A stretch of 63,599 nucleotides of DNA, counting the filler, from Folioceros fuciformis (taxonomy: Eukaryota): assembly GCA_049999805.1 (NCBI GenBank). It is 7 parts of 7 records of this genome, joined end to end, with 100 filler letters (N's around TTAATTAATTAA, not from the genome) between each part and the next. Parts side by side here need not be neighbours in the genome. Positions count along the whole stretch, not along the records: positions 1 to 29,314 come from JBNGIO010006108.1; 6 more parts are not named here. The stretch is one strand, 5' to 3'. This document shows, one piece after another, positions 1 to 13,200 of the stretch. How positions within the stretch are numbered: the first letter of the stretch is position 1; every line of letters begins with the position of its first letter. Position numbers and translations under genes: made by a program. Under the pieces are notes generated by a model. It saw only the letters and a list, made by a program, of their open reading frames with translations. It made no database searches and was not told the DNA's origin.

Positions 1-1038
1 ACCTTCAACGGGGGCAGGGATAGGGGAAACAGGAGCAGGACCTTCAACAGCGGGAGAAGGGGCCAGGGGTCCGGGAGCGGGTGCGGGGGCGAAGAGGGCA
101 GGAGGAATGAGCACGGAGTCAATGGCGTAGATGGCTGCGGGATTCTTATCCGTGACAGTGGTCTGCACTGTAGCGTTGTTGATGCCGCCCTGAAGCACAA
201 CCTGGCCTGCAATGGTGCTGACGAAGAGACTGTAGGTGGAAATGGTAGTCTCCTCTCCGTTATCCTGCTGCAGCTGGGCTTGAGACAGATACTTGGACAG
301 GACGTGGAACTTGAGCACAAGCGTCGCCTGGTCGGCAGTGAGAGTAGCAAGCGTGCTCTGCACCTCGTTGAAGGCTAAATCAGTGGGGGCAAAGAGCGTC
401 AACCCTGTAGCAGCAAGCTCCTGCACCGCAGACTCGAGGCTATACTGCTTGAGCAGCGAGAGGAGCGTGTTGTACTTGCCTCCTTGGACCAAAGCCTCGG
501 TGATGTTCGTAAGGGCCGCCTGCTGCAGCCCGACGGGGAAGATGAAATTGCTGACCTGGAAGACCGAGATGTTGTAGCCCTGCTGGGTGATGTTGGTGAC
601 GATGGTGGCGTTGGGAGTATTTCCCCCAGGAACTCCCAGACCCACAGAGCCATCAGCCTGGTCCGTGATGTTGATATACCCGAAGAGGCCCTGAGCCCGC
701 CCTGTACTCTGGTAGAGAGTCGCCACCTCGGTCGTCTTGTTGGGGAGGTTCCGGATTTCGTCGTAAGAGAAGGCTTGCAACGCGGAGTGGTAGCGCAGAA
801 CGTCCGCCACCTCAGAGCTGGTCAAGCCTGAGCCAGAGAGCCCGCCAACCCCACCGTTGCTCACCACGAAGAGCGCCACCGAGTTTTGCTGGTCGATCTC
901 GGACGCAACCTCCGTACTGTTCAGCAGCTGAACGAAGGATGAAAAGTCGGGAAACGGCTGCAGCACCTGCAACACGTCCAGGGCGGACACCGCCCCGAGC
1001 AGCAGCGCAGCGACTAGGAGCTGCACCTGGAACCTCAT
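1..1038 (-). CDS. Fasciclin-like arabinogalactan protein (FLA); 3' end runs off the window
   Basis: Manual translation from ATG at 1038: signal peptide MRFQVQLLVAALLLGAVSA, then FAS1 motifs (DVLRYH, ATLYQSTGRA, TLFAPTDLAF, LVLKFHVL, IYAIDSVLIP) and an AP-rich tail. Not in the ORF track because there is no stop in the window. Likely 5'UTR intron upstream. Confidence 0.9.
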   Translation of the reverse strand, partial: MRFQVQLLVAALLLGAVSALDVLQVLQPFPDFSSFVQLLNSTEVASEIDQQNSVALFVVSNGGVGGLSGSGLTSSEVADVLRYHSALQAFSYDEIRNLPNKTTEVATLYQSTGRAQGLFGYINITDQADGSVGLGVPGGNTPNATIVTNITQQGYNISVFQVSNFIFPVGLQQAALTNITEALVQGGKYNTLLSLLKQYSLESAVQELAATGLTLFAPTDLAFNEVQSTLATLTADQATLVLKFHVLSKYLSQAQLQQDNGEETTISTYSLFVSTIAGQVVLQGGINNATVQTTVTDKNPAAIYAIDSVLIPPALFAPAPAPGPLAPSPAVEGPAPVSPIPAPVEG

Positions 1039-4000
1039 TTTGCTGCGAGCAGAGACACAAGCAAACGAGAGGCGATCCGTCAGTCCCCCTCCCCGGAGAG
1101 ACCTCCAGGCAAACTCAGTGAGTAAAAACAATCAATTCGGGACAATGCAGGCACCCTGCAGCTCCTGGAGACATGCAGGACAGAAGTGAGCAGAGCAGGC
1201 AGAGAGGGGCAGAGTGAGCCGGGGGCAGGGCAACGGATCTCACACTAGAGTAGGGTTGGATCTGGCGATGCAGCTAGCTCCCGCGGAGCCCCGATCGCCG
1301 CCTGCGAGAGGAAGCGAGGCAGCGTGCTTTCTTGCGCGGCGCGTCGAAGGAGCTGGAGAAAAAAGAGAAGAAGCAGGTAGACTGATGTTGCGAGCGCGGA
1401 GGGGCTTAAGAAGCGCGGGGAGCTTGAGTGGTACCATTGGCGGAGGCTAACCGGCGGTCGCGGACCGCCCGTCGCTACGTCTTGCGGTCCGTTGGCCTGA
1501 CACCTGGTGCCTGCTGTTTATTAGCTGTGCTGTGTTTTGGCTTGGCAGGCCCGTGTCCCGCAAAATTACACCCTTCAACGTCTATCCGCCGCACATTTAC
1601 GATACCTACCGCGCCGCGTCCATGGCATTATCGGGCGGGATGCAAGTGTTGTGTTTCGACACATCTGATTTTACTCCTGATTTATGCCGATTCTCGAGGA
1701 TGCAAACTGGCCACGCCTGGCAAAGCCATCCCCATGCATGCACCCGGTGGCTCCGGGACTCCATTCTACTACACACCAGAACGTCGTCTTCAAGCCTTGC
1801 CATGCCTTGCAGGGCTCGCTAGCTCTGCTTTGATTTGGCAAGTAGAGATAGAGAGAGAGAAAGGGAGTGTTAGTGTAAGTAATGAGAGAGTGTGGAAACG
1901 TTCGTGGAGGGGGTGAAGTGAAGGCCAGGACACTCCCCTGCCTGCCAGATGAGACAAGGCAGACTAGACTACAGATACATAGACCTAGGACAGCACAGTC
2001 CATCCATGTTCCAGGAGGGCGGGCGAGGAGGAGGAGGAGGAGGAGGACGAGGACGAGGACGAGGACGAGGATTTGAGTTTGAGGAGTGTCAGAAGGCAGA
2101 ACGGTAATGTGGGTAGCGGCCATGTGCGCAGTGCGGTGCAGTGCAGTGCAGTGCGAGGCAGAGAAGGGAAGGGCACGGCAAGGGGAGGCAGGTCTGAGGC
2201 AGGTCTGCAACGGGCTCCGTGGCCATGGAGCCAGCCTGGGTTGGGTTGGGTTGGGCTGTGCCTGCTTTGTTGACGGGCCACGGTCACAATAGTGTCCCAC
2301 CACCACGCAGGGTGCCGGGCCGGGTCCGGGGCCGGGGCCTGCGCCTGTGTCCAGGCCGGTTTCGGTGCCGGTATCTCTGGGGACTGTGTTCGGTATTCGA
2401 TCATTGCCGGGGGCCTGCATTCACTCGCAGGCCGGAGCCCGGGTCTGTGATCGCGCCGGAACGCCTCCCCTATTAACTCCACTCGACCGTTGCTAGCCTG
2501 GCCTGGCCGGCCGAAAGATGAGAGTTCCATGCACGATGCACATGGCTGGCTGGAGCGCTGTAAAGCACCCTACGTACATACACCTTGGTGGAGTGTGCAC
2601 ATTACCATTACCGCTCAGTACGACTACTACTGCAAGCTTCTTTCTTCTTATTTCACACTCCAGCCTACTGCGCAGGCTGCGCCCAACATGCTACGGCTAT
2701 TGCTCTCTCGTGAGCAGTCGAGTGGAGTGGAGTGGAGTTGCAGGGAGTCGAGTCGAGTCGTGTCGGATCGTCCCTTCATGCAGCAGGCATCTCGGCTTCT
2801 CGAGACTGCGCGTATGAAGGAGGATCCTGCCAATGCCGTGGCCGTTGCCGTTTCCGTTGCATCGCTGTCTTCCGTGGCTGTTCTCCCACGGGGCGTGTTC
2901 CAAAGTTGGTTTCACCCACGAACAGGTGTGGTGAGTGAGGTCAGCCGGCAGTGGGTGTTGCAGAATCCTGAAGTGGACGAGACGAGACGAGACGAGACGT
3001 CCGTCTCCTGATAAGTTAGGGAGAGAAACAGAGAGCAGACTGGGCCAGGCCAGACCCAGCGAAAGGTAAAAGAAGAGAAAGGGAAACTGCTTCTTTTAAG
3101 TATGCATGCATGTACACACATTACATGGGATGCATTCAGGTATGAAGCGACGAGGCCTCGGGAAACGAGGGGTCCTGGACAAGGCAGACGTCTGCTGAAT
3201 CAGCGCCTAGACACACATTCCTCGATTGGACAAGAAGCCGCCCCTCAAGGCCGCACCTCATGTGCGTGCAGAAGTCGAGATCATGGATGCCAGTGATCAG
3301 ATCAGGTTGCGGCAGCGCCTCCCATGTATCCCTTTGCATACGTATCACAAGACAGCCACACCCAGCCCAGGCTCTCAGCACACGGATGAAACAGCTGGAT
3401 TCAAGGAAAGGAAAGTCCCTGGAGCCATGCCCCCCACCCTTCGTGGTGACTCTCTGGTTGCAGAGCAGCCAAGCCTCCTCTGACTTGCCGGGAAACGCCG
3501 TACTCAATAGTGTCACACAGCTTGTGGACTGGAACCATAATGGATGTACATGTGTGCACCTCTTCTGCACCTCCGGTGATCGCCCAATTTACGGATGTCC
3601 AGATCATCACACATCCACATTTACAATCTGTGAACAGCTGTGAGGTCACAGGCATGTCAGGCGTGACAACTTGTATCAACCTTCCATCACTTTCTTCCCA
3701 TATGCCTCTCTACATCTAATGTGCAATCGATACCAACCATGCCATCCCCCTGTCATCCAGAGTGAACTCACCAGCCAACTGTGTCTTCAGGTGGGAAGGA
3801 AACGCCACCGCTTAGAGATCAATCTACTCATTCCATAAAACAGACAACAAACTAAGCACGCCCCGCTCCAACAAAACGAAACCCTACGAGCGTGCTCTGC
3901 CCCTGTCCGTACACGAGGAAAATGTACACAAGTACTCGACCGTAGGCAGCTCTATATCTCACGAATCCCGAGTCAATAATCAGAAACGCATAGGCCAGTG

Positions 4001-4153
4001 AGTAACTCAACCGCACCTAGGGCGTTATCCAGCTGTACAAAAAGATTAGCACCCCCCTAACCAAAAGAATGGTGTGAAGCTGTCAGTGTCCCGTAAAACC
4101 CCGTAACCCTTTGTCACTCCCCACTCCTCCCTCTCCCCCGGTCCAGTCGCACG

Positions 4154-5500
4154 TCACATGACATTGCAGTTTCCTGGAATCCCAGGTAGCCCTCCCTCTC
4201 CCGCCAGCTCAGAAATCCTGAAAAACAGAACAAACATCGCAACTTCAGTTCCCGCACTTATGCAGCGGGACATGTGTGATCTTAGCCTACGGACATGACC
4301 GGGGAGAGAGAACATACAATGGCAGCCCGTCCTCCCCAAGTTCCAAGCCGGGAGCCAGTTCCCTGATGATGTCGCTAGGAGGTTGTCCACAGTCTTGCAT
4401 GTGTTGCATCAGATCAACGATTTTGTGAAAGTCTTCTGGTGTGCTCTCATAGATGGCGCAAAGCTGCTTGATAAGCTCATATTGCCTGGCATAGCGAGCA
4501 TAATCTTCGCGGCTCAAACGTGATTCATTGTCCCGCAACCACTGTGGGTACCTTTCACCGATCTCCTTCATCGGTTCGTGAAGAACCTCCTTGGACAGCA
4601 GTTGACGCATCATCGTGTCCATGATCCCGCTCATGTCCTACACAACAATCACACTCCATCAGCCTTCCCACTACTCTATACGCTTTTTACTCTACACAAA
4701 AAGCCGTCAAGCATGTGCAGCTACACTACTACATTGTGCCACGAGCCATGACAAATTGCCTGCTCGGAATTTACCTCAGCGCTTCCAAGGTCTTCAAACT
4801 GCTTCACAAGACTGTCAACCAACTCATCTCCCAGAGCCCCCTCATCTTTTGTAGAATGGATGTTCTCCACGGTCTGCTTTGTCTCATCCCTTAGTTTCTC
4901 CAACGTCGCTCTCTGATCAGATGCAGAGGAAGCTTTTGCCTTCCTGGAAGAACGATTTCCCCCTGTTTTGGAGGCTCCTCCCTTTCGGATGGAGGATTTT
5001 TTCTTCAGCTCAGGTAAGCCCAGCCCCAAACCTTGCCCTAAAGTACCTGCCTCTTTGCCGACAGAACCCCCTGCTTCCTTGATACTGGCTTCTTTCCCGC
5101 TTGTTGAGCTGTCCGCACAAAACAGACGACAAGCGTCGTACATCAATCACACCCATGCCACGATCCACGCATGTGAGGGATCCGCAGCGGCGACAGGCAA
5201 CCCAGGTTCTACAACCTTGAGAATAACGGGGAGCTCGAGGAAATCCTTACGTGGAAGCTTTCGTATTGGACTCGACCTTCTGAAACTCGTCCAAAACACC
5301 TGTAACGTAAGAAGGACAGAATCGTGAATTCTTCAGCTCGTTATGCAGAGGCTCGCCAGATCCGCCACCAAGGGACGGTATGCGATCCAACACGACCCGG
5401 AATGCAACATATGGGAAGGCGAAGGAACATGAGAAGCAAACTCACTGTCAAGAAAGTCATCGAAATCCTCCACCGCTTCAGCTCCGTGTTCTCCTGCCAT
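4154..5500 (-). CDS. PEX19: Peroxisome biogenesis protein 19 (multi-exon)
   Basis: N-terminal EDFDDFLD; MMRQLLSKEVLHEPMKEIGERYPQWL; MQDCGQPPSDII; C-terminal CAAX box CNVM*. Confidence 0.95.
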
Positions 5501-5892
5501 GGCCAAACCTTGTACCGCAGCAAATCCACGAAACACGCGGTGAACAGGGAGTGCTCACAGGTCCGGAATGGCAGCTGAGAGCAACGCGGCAGTCCCCATA
5601 CTGCAACCTATATGGGATGTGTTCGAGCCACGGCCATCTCGGCGCAAACCTTGCCCTCTCGTCCACGCGAAGACTGTATTTGGGGACAAATCGGCTTGCC
5701 GTTTCTAGTCCATAAACCTATCCAGTTCGTTGGTTCACATTCGTGGCATTACGAAGGAGGCTTTTGTTTCTTTGAACGAGGAACAAGTTCTTTCAGTATA
5801 ACGCTGAGAGAATCTTGGCTTAGTTTGATGTTGCGAATCGCATGAGGGTGCTGGATACGAGAGGAGTTGAAGGGAGGCAGGCAACCAGGGCC

Positions 5893-6743
5893 ATGAGCAC
5901 GTTACAACAGCTTGCTCACTGGGGGGGATTGTCTCTGCGTCCCCGCCCTTGCCACACATCTCGACGCTGCTCTGACGCTGGTAACACTTGCTCAAATTTT
6001 GATTTCACACCGAGCGTGCCGCTTTCGTATTGCCTAACACTCACTTTCGTATTACCTATCGGGCAGGGATATTTCCGGTGCAATGTGCCAGCAGATCCAA
6101 GCAAATCAACTGCAGAGCGCGTGCTCCGGGGGGTGGCCATCCGTCACCTGTTGACACCTCAGGGCGACTATGTCGCAGGTCTTTTAGCTGCTCGTTAATT
6201 CTCTCCTTCGCATCTCTGCTACCTGCGCCGTGGCAGACAAGCTACGCGGCCGAAGAGGCTGCAGCATCCAAGGAGAGTCTGGGGACAACCGTTCTGGACA
6301 GTGTATTATCGTTTTTCGATTCCGAGGAAGCTACAAAGAGTGGGAGGAAGTTGCCTAAGAGTTACCTACAAAATGCAAGGGAGGTGGTTAAGACACTGCG
6401 GAGTTCCGTGGATGCGGAGTACACAGATGCTGCGACATTCAGGAGGAACGCTGACTCTGCAAAGGAGGCTATACGGAACTATGTACAAAATTGGAGAGGA
6501 GACAAGGCTATGGCCAAGGAGGTAGGATCATTTAAGCGGCTTTCTGGATTCATGCATCGTCGCGCCGTCCACTCAATCTAGGTACCCCTGACATTGCTTT
6601 TGCAGGAGTCCTACTTGGCCATAGAACGCGTCTTGCGCGTTCTTGGAACATTTTACCAGAAGAAGGGACCGAATGCTCAATTGTCACAAGACGTCAAATC
6701 TCGTATTCTTGACGACCTTAGTATCGCAGATGCTGCTCTCTAG
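5893..6743 (+). CDS. LPA19: Psb27-H2 / LPA19 photosystem II D1 processing protein, chloroplast-targeted, 3 exons
   Basis: TKSGRKLPKSYLQNAREVVKTLR...FRRNADSAKEAIRNYVQNWRG|ESYLAIERVLR...ILDDL, preceded by a transit-peptide-like N-terminus; GT-AG introns. Confidence 0.9.
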
Positions 6744-7210
6744 ATGTTTTCCTGGTTCATTTCTCTCGTGCTCACGCGTAGTAGAGGAAGGTTCAAGAGT
6801 TGCTAAACGGATTCTCGGTCATGGACCATAATTCCCATCTTCCACGCTGTCTACAAGCGCACAGGACAGTGCTCAACCAAATGTGGCTGAATCGTACCAC
6901 AAGCCATGCCATTCATGTAAAAAGGGAACATTCCCATCAAACTGCAGACACTTGCGATCAATCTAAGCCACAGAAATAATCTGTTCCTAACTGATGCCGG
7001 AAACGAGGGCCCTACAAATCGGCCGGCCATCCCCTTACCCTACCCCACCTACAAAAAAACGCTATATGGTCCAATGTCTTCTTTCGCTTGTGACCTGCTA
7101 GCAATCCGCTCTTCTAATTAATAGCTCCGGTAGCAGCTCATCGACGTCCCCACAACAAGACTATATCCGACCACACCACATCTCTACGTCGCAGTTCCCT
7201 GAATCATAAC

Positions 7211-10200
7211 CTAATAACCACCCATAGGTGGCATGCCATAAGCTGGTATACCAGCAGGCATATATGCAGGCATACCCCCGTCGTACCCTCCACCCATGCC
7301 CGGCACGGGTGGAGCAGGCAATGCCAAGGGTAGAAGTTGTGCGTACATGTTCTGTATCAATGATCCGCCAGAGTTAGAGAGGGGAGATGTGCAAACAGGT
7401 TCTACTAGAAAACCCAAAACATGTCAGGGGCAAACACTTTACCTGCTGAGCCACCAAATCTTTCTCATCAGCTTCTTTGGATTTGACCTCTGCTTGGGAT
7501 TCTAACTTATCTTTCACAAGGTCGTCAACCTTACCTGTGTACTCTCTCAAGAACTGCAAAGACCAGAGCAAAGGTTCAGTCAGTAGGATCAATATACCGG
7601 ATTGGGCAGTCAGCCCTCAAGCAATAATCCAAGTTCACGACACTAACCTGCAAAATAAATGGGAAAGCAAAGTCGAGCATGTTGTTCAGCCAGGCAAGCT
7701 CCAAAGCAACATCTGCCCGTATCAAATCGTAGCATGTATACAAGCAAGATGCAAAGCACTCCTTCTTTCCCTGCACGGCAAAAATCAAGTTTTCCAGCAA
7801 TAAGAATCCCTCCGAGGACCAATCCCGCGACCTCCAGTTAACCAGGAATAGCACGGTCCAACACACCTGCTCGACAAAGAACGTTAGCAACTCTTCAGCA
7901 AGATCTCTGTCACCCGATTGCGAAACTGTTTCCATTGCATCTTTGTACAAGTTGTCCTTCTTTGACAGAGCAACCGATTGCCTCCATCTTCCTGCTTTCT
8001 TATAAATGAATGCGGCGATTCTCCGGAACTCCAGGAGCTCATGCTTTTCCACCTGGTAGCACGCACCAGTTGTCAACATCGCAACTTCAAACAAAGCAAA
8101 TACAAAGGTCAATGTGATCCGCCGGAACAGCTCAGAAGCGAAGAAATACCCTTTGAGCTAAAGATATCTGATCGAAGTTATCATAAAGGTCAATAGATTC
8201 CCTAAGGCGGTCGAAGTCCTCCTCTTCAATGTAAAGGCCATTCAGGGCCTCATTCACTGCACTGACATTGTTGCTTTGGATTGCTACCATGTAGGGCTTG
8301 ATGAGGGGAAGATGCTTCTCCTGGAACAAAATGGTCGTTTCTGCGTTAGGGCAATCACACAAGAACGAAAAGAAGACGAAGCTATGTTCATCCTGAAAGG
8401 AAAGGTGTTAAGTGGGCAAACCAAAACCAAGCCAACAACAACATCGAGTGCAGCACACAGTGTCAGTTATTCAAGGTGCAGGCATTTCCCTTGATTTCTC
8501 GTCTCACCTTGCGCAGAATGTCCACAACTCGAGTGTGGTCAACTCGAGAAGCTAACACATTCAGGAGATCATTGATAAGGTCTGGATGCTCATTCAAGTA
8601 GAATTGAACAGACCTGTAATACAGCTCCACGTTTGCAACCTTCACAGAGACATCCTTGAACTGCATATGCTCCCATGCCTCAGGCGAGTGGTTCATGATG
8701 GTGGCTGCTGCATTGTCAAACTCATCATATTGGATATAAAGATATGTTAGCTCTTTCCAGTGTTGCTGTTCCTCACATACACGAATCAATTTCGGAATGT
8801 TGATTCTTGTGGAGAAGAGTTTCAGGTGCTCCATGAGCTTCTCATGACGATATCTTGCATACAATGTCCCCAACTCGGTAAAGATGCCCATGTGAGCACG
8901 CTCAAGACCAAGTCCACTTTCCATAAGAGTAATGAGTTCTGAAAAGTGTCCCCTGTTTTGATAGTAGCTACTGACTTCCTCCAAATCATCAACCTATTCA
9001 CATCCAGGGTTGTTGTAATTCTTGTTAGGCGACATAAAGATCAAAGGAAGTGATACACCAAGAAAGCTGTAGAACATATAAAACAAGTGAGACAGAGCCG
9101 ATGGTCCTACCTGAACAATAATGTTGAGACCACATTGTTGGGCCAGTCTGAACTCCTCAGCATCCACACAAGCAAAGCATACTTCTTTCCAGGTCCGGGA
9201 GCTGTTTGCCTTGCGGGCAGCCTCCACAGCTCCTTGGAACTGAAGGAGTTTCACAAGTGTACTAGCAAGTCGAGCCCAGTTTGATATGTGAGTGAAGATA
9301 ATCTTAGCAGCTTCATACAGGGCTTCATCAAATAACCGGTCACCCACAGTCTGGAGGTTGGCAACATTGGGCTGCACGATAAATTCTTCAATCTCTCCAA
9401 GCTTATCTATCTTGGCATAGGCATAGATCAATTCTGAGTCCACTCTAGGCTCCTTCACCTTCTTGCGGACCATCAGCAAGTACTTCACAAGATCCTCATA
9501 GGCATTGACTTGCTCAGCAGCTCTGATAACTTCCACAAACTGAGTAGCATCATTAGCCCGGATGAATGACTCGATTGCGTCACTAACCAAGCCTTCTCTC
9601 AATTGTGCTTTGCCCACTTGACTCCATACGTCATCCTCCTCTACACGAGAGGCAAACTCAACAGCTCGATCGATGCTCTTAATGTTGTCAAGGAGAACAT
9701 TAACTGCTTGTACATTAAGGTTGAACTTTTTGAAAATGGCAAACGCTTCCTCAAACAGATCAGATCCCACGGCAATCTCCCCGACTGCAGGTCCATCAAA
9801 GTTGTCAAGGCGGTTAACATAGTCCATGACCCTTGATTTGTCCGCCTTAATGGCAGTGAGTATAAGAAGATTCTGAAGGTTGGGATTGCCACTGAAAGCT
9901 GAATTTTGCAAGACAATTTTCTCCAGCAACTCGATCAGTTCATGAGGCAAATCAGCAGTCATGAAAGCCTTAACAGTAGCAGACACCTGCTCTGGATTCC
10001 GGCTTTCTGGAAGTGCAGTGGAAACAACTTGATCGATAAGTTGTCTCCTGAAGGGGTTCTCTGGATCGAGCACTTTGGCCCATAGATCAGATTCCATACG
10101 TTCCACAACATACCTGTAGGAGAAAGCCATCCATCAAGCGATCAGAAGACATAGACCCAAGACATAGGACAAGGAACACTGAGAAACTACACACACTTTG

Positions 10201-13200
10201 AAACCAATTTTTCACTTTGAAATACCTGGCCTGCAGCTTGAACAAGGAGTTTTTGTTCGTGACATTGACAAGTTCTTCATCACATAGCCCACGTCTATAC
10301 GCAACAACTGCCAGTGTTGGATCCCTCTTCTCACAGTACTTACCAACGACACGGGAATCATAAAACGGATTGGTAGTAAGGAAGTGCTCAGGATTGGTAT
10401 TTGTATCAATAATAATCTTTCCAAGAGCATTGTGCACATGCACATCTTGGCTGCCCTCACTAACAAGATGCTCCAGAAACTGCGTAAGAAGCCTCAGCCG
10501 ATTTCTGAAAAAACAATCCAAGGATGTTTGAACAATGTTTACCATTTCTCGTTACCTGAAACATGGAATCAACAGTGCAGTTGGAGCATCCTATAATCAC
10601 TTACCGTTTCTCACACTCCTCAACAAGAGGTTCAACTGGGAGAAGGGACCTCACAGAGAGGATCAAACCCTTGATGAAATCCTCAGAGCAGTCATCATCC
10701 AGAAGCTGCCCAACAACCAGAGGCGCATTGCTTGGGTTCACCTGTGGGAATCATTTTCCAGAAGGCCAACTTCAGATTCCCAAGGTCAAGGACCCCAAGA
10801 ACACATGGACAACTGACCCGAAACCTTTAAAGCAGAAAAGCACCAGCATTGCCAGTAAATAGCTCACCTTCTGGACGTAACCCTCAATATAACGCAACAT
10901 GTTGTTCGTGTACAAATAATGGGTAAGATCAGGAACAAACCCAAAGCGGTCACAAACATTGATCAAAGGGCGGGCATCAGGAAGTTTTGCCTCCATCAAG
11001 AAATTTTTGGTCCGTTCAGCATCATAGAAGTTAGATTCTCGGGTTACACGCTCCACCTCCTTGATCTGCCCAGTCTTGGCTGCTGCTTCAATGTACTTGA
11101 AGTGGATCTCAGGGTCCTCGCTGAAAGGGTCACAGCCAGTCAGGACAGATTGCCAGAACTGCTAAGTACCCACCACAGCTGAACTCTTTTCTGGAAAACT
11201 ATCCCCTACCTTGAGCTCAAGAACGCCCCGAGGAAAAAGTAAAGGCCTTCATAAGACTTAAACTGCTCAAATAACTTCACACAGTTGTCTACTCCAAGCT
11301 GTTCTGAGTATTCCTTTGATACCTGCACTAAAAAGTCCCCTCAGCGACGCATTGGCAGAAACCATCTCAAGGAACTTCTTAGAAGGAGGCCCCTCTTACC
11401 TGGACAATGATTTGGAGATTCCCTCTCATGTTCACCAGGAGAAGCTCCTTCATGCAATCCAGAGCCCACTCCCTTGACATAGTTCCAAAGAACTCAACCA
11501 GTTGCTGTATTCAGAGAGTCACCACATTAGTTATTGACACAAATCTGAGAAAAAAAAAAAGAGAGACCGGTGGTGATTTACCTGAGGCTCGATGGCATGT
11601 GTATTTACAACAACACGCTTGATGTCGATCAGGTCAGTATAGTGCTGCAAGAAACGAGTGTCACAGGTTGCTCAAGTGTAAACCGAATACCAGCATCAGA
11701 GATAAAAAGGCAGACAGGTTTGACTTCCACTGACCTGCAGGGCACGCATGTACAGACCAGCTTTCTCACAAAGTTGAGCAATACGTGGTCGATCATAATG
11801 GCTGAACATGCCATTTGCCAAAATAGCATCTGCGACATTCGGGAAGGTGACGAGATTGATCTCCAACACCTAATTTAAGACATTTCAGACTGTGTCAGAC
11901 AACGTAGCACGACAGCAACTCCCATCAATAGAGGCAACTGATACAAGCGTACCTTAGTCTGAAGCACAGCATGCTCTGGAAGATTCGGCTTCAAGACATC
12001 TAGCAAGAAAGAAGTTGCCTCACGAATCATGTTTCTCTGTAAAATAAGAGTCGTTTGAAACCAATTATCATGCGCATGTTAAAGCCCATCCAAGTACAGG
12101 CCATCACTTTCGATCAGCAGAGACATCACCTTGCACAATCCTCAAAGCCAGAAGTTTGTTGTTTTCCTAGTCATGCAAAGAGGAAAACCAATGGACTCAC
12201 CTGCAGAAACAAGTCTGTGATTGTGTTGTAATCTAGAGGAGGTCCGCCTTCCATTTGAGACATCATCAACGCAAAATTGACAGCACCCTGCATCCAGGAA
12301 CAATGACAGACCTCTAACCAACTTTCCAATGTTGGCACTTGCAGAAAGGATCCTCAAATCCACAAAACAGACTGCAAACCTGAGGGTCTGTTCGCAAGAT
12401 TGATTGAAGTAAAAAAAGATAATCCGGTGTGTACCCAACCTGCATACCAAAGGTAGTCTTGTATTAGAACAAAATGAAGTGTCAGCAGGCTCGTTTTAGT
12501 GCACTGCTAGAAAACGTGAGTCGGACCTGCTTCGAGTATATGAGAATTTTGTCAAACTCCCGGCGTTCAGCAAAAGCTGCTACCACTTTCGGTGTTGCTC
12601 TTGCCTTAATGTAGATCTTAAGTGCCATGTCATTGTCGACTGTCTGCATTATTTGCACATAGAAAGAAAAACCAAAAATCAAGATTTTCCAAATGTCAAA
12701 GTTGTGACAACAGTAGAACTCTACTTGATGAGCATCACTTACTNNNNNNNNNNNNNNNNNNNNNNNNNNNNNNNNNNNNNNNNNNNNNNNNNNNNNNNNN
12801 NNNNNNNNNNNNNNNNNNNNNNNNNNNNNNNNNNNNNNNNNNNAACAGTAGAACTCTACTTGATGAGCATCACTTACTTTGACAAGATCTCCCAGCTCCT
12901 CACTGCACTCCAGCTTATCTTCCGCTAGCCAGTTCTCCAGCAAATTCTTCTTATTTTGATTGACCACTAACCGTGACAGTTCCAGTGACTCGAAGGCATT
13001 TAACTTGCCCTTCAGCAAAAGAGTTGCAAAGTACTGCAGCAGAGGAGATGTCTGCCCGGGTTGAACTGGAACACTCTGAAACGAGCCATCTACACAAGGT
13101 GAGCATACGGCTAACACAAACTGATCCAGGACACAGAGGTTCAATGCTGCATCCAGACCTGAAACTTGGCAACAGTCTCAGGCTTCCGCAAAATCCCCTG

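Noticed and set aside
1214-3720. Numerous overlapping 60-250 aa ORFs upstream of the FLA gene
   Set aside because: GC-rich, microsatellite-laden intergenic DNA with no recognisable domain or consistent exon chain.
12705-12880. Apparent duplication around the gap in a clathrin intron; likewise 20464-20549
   Set aside because: Identical sequence on both sides of an N run indicates unmerged contig overlap.
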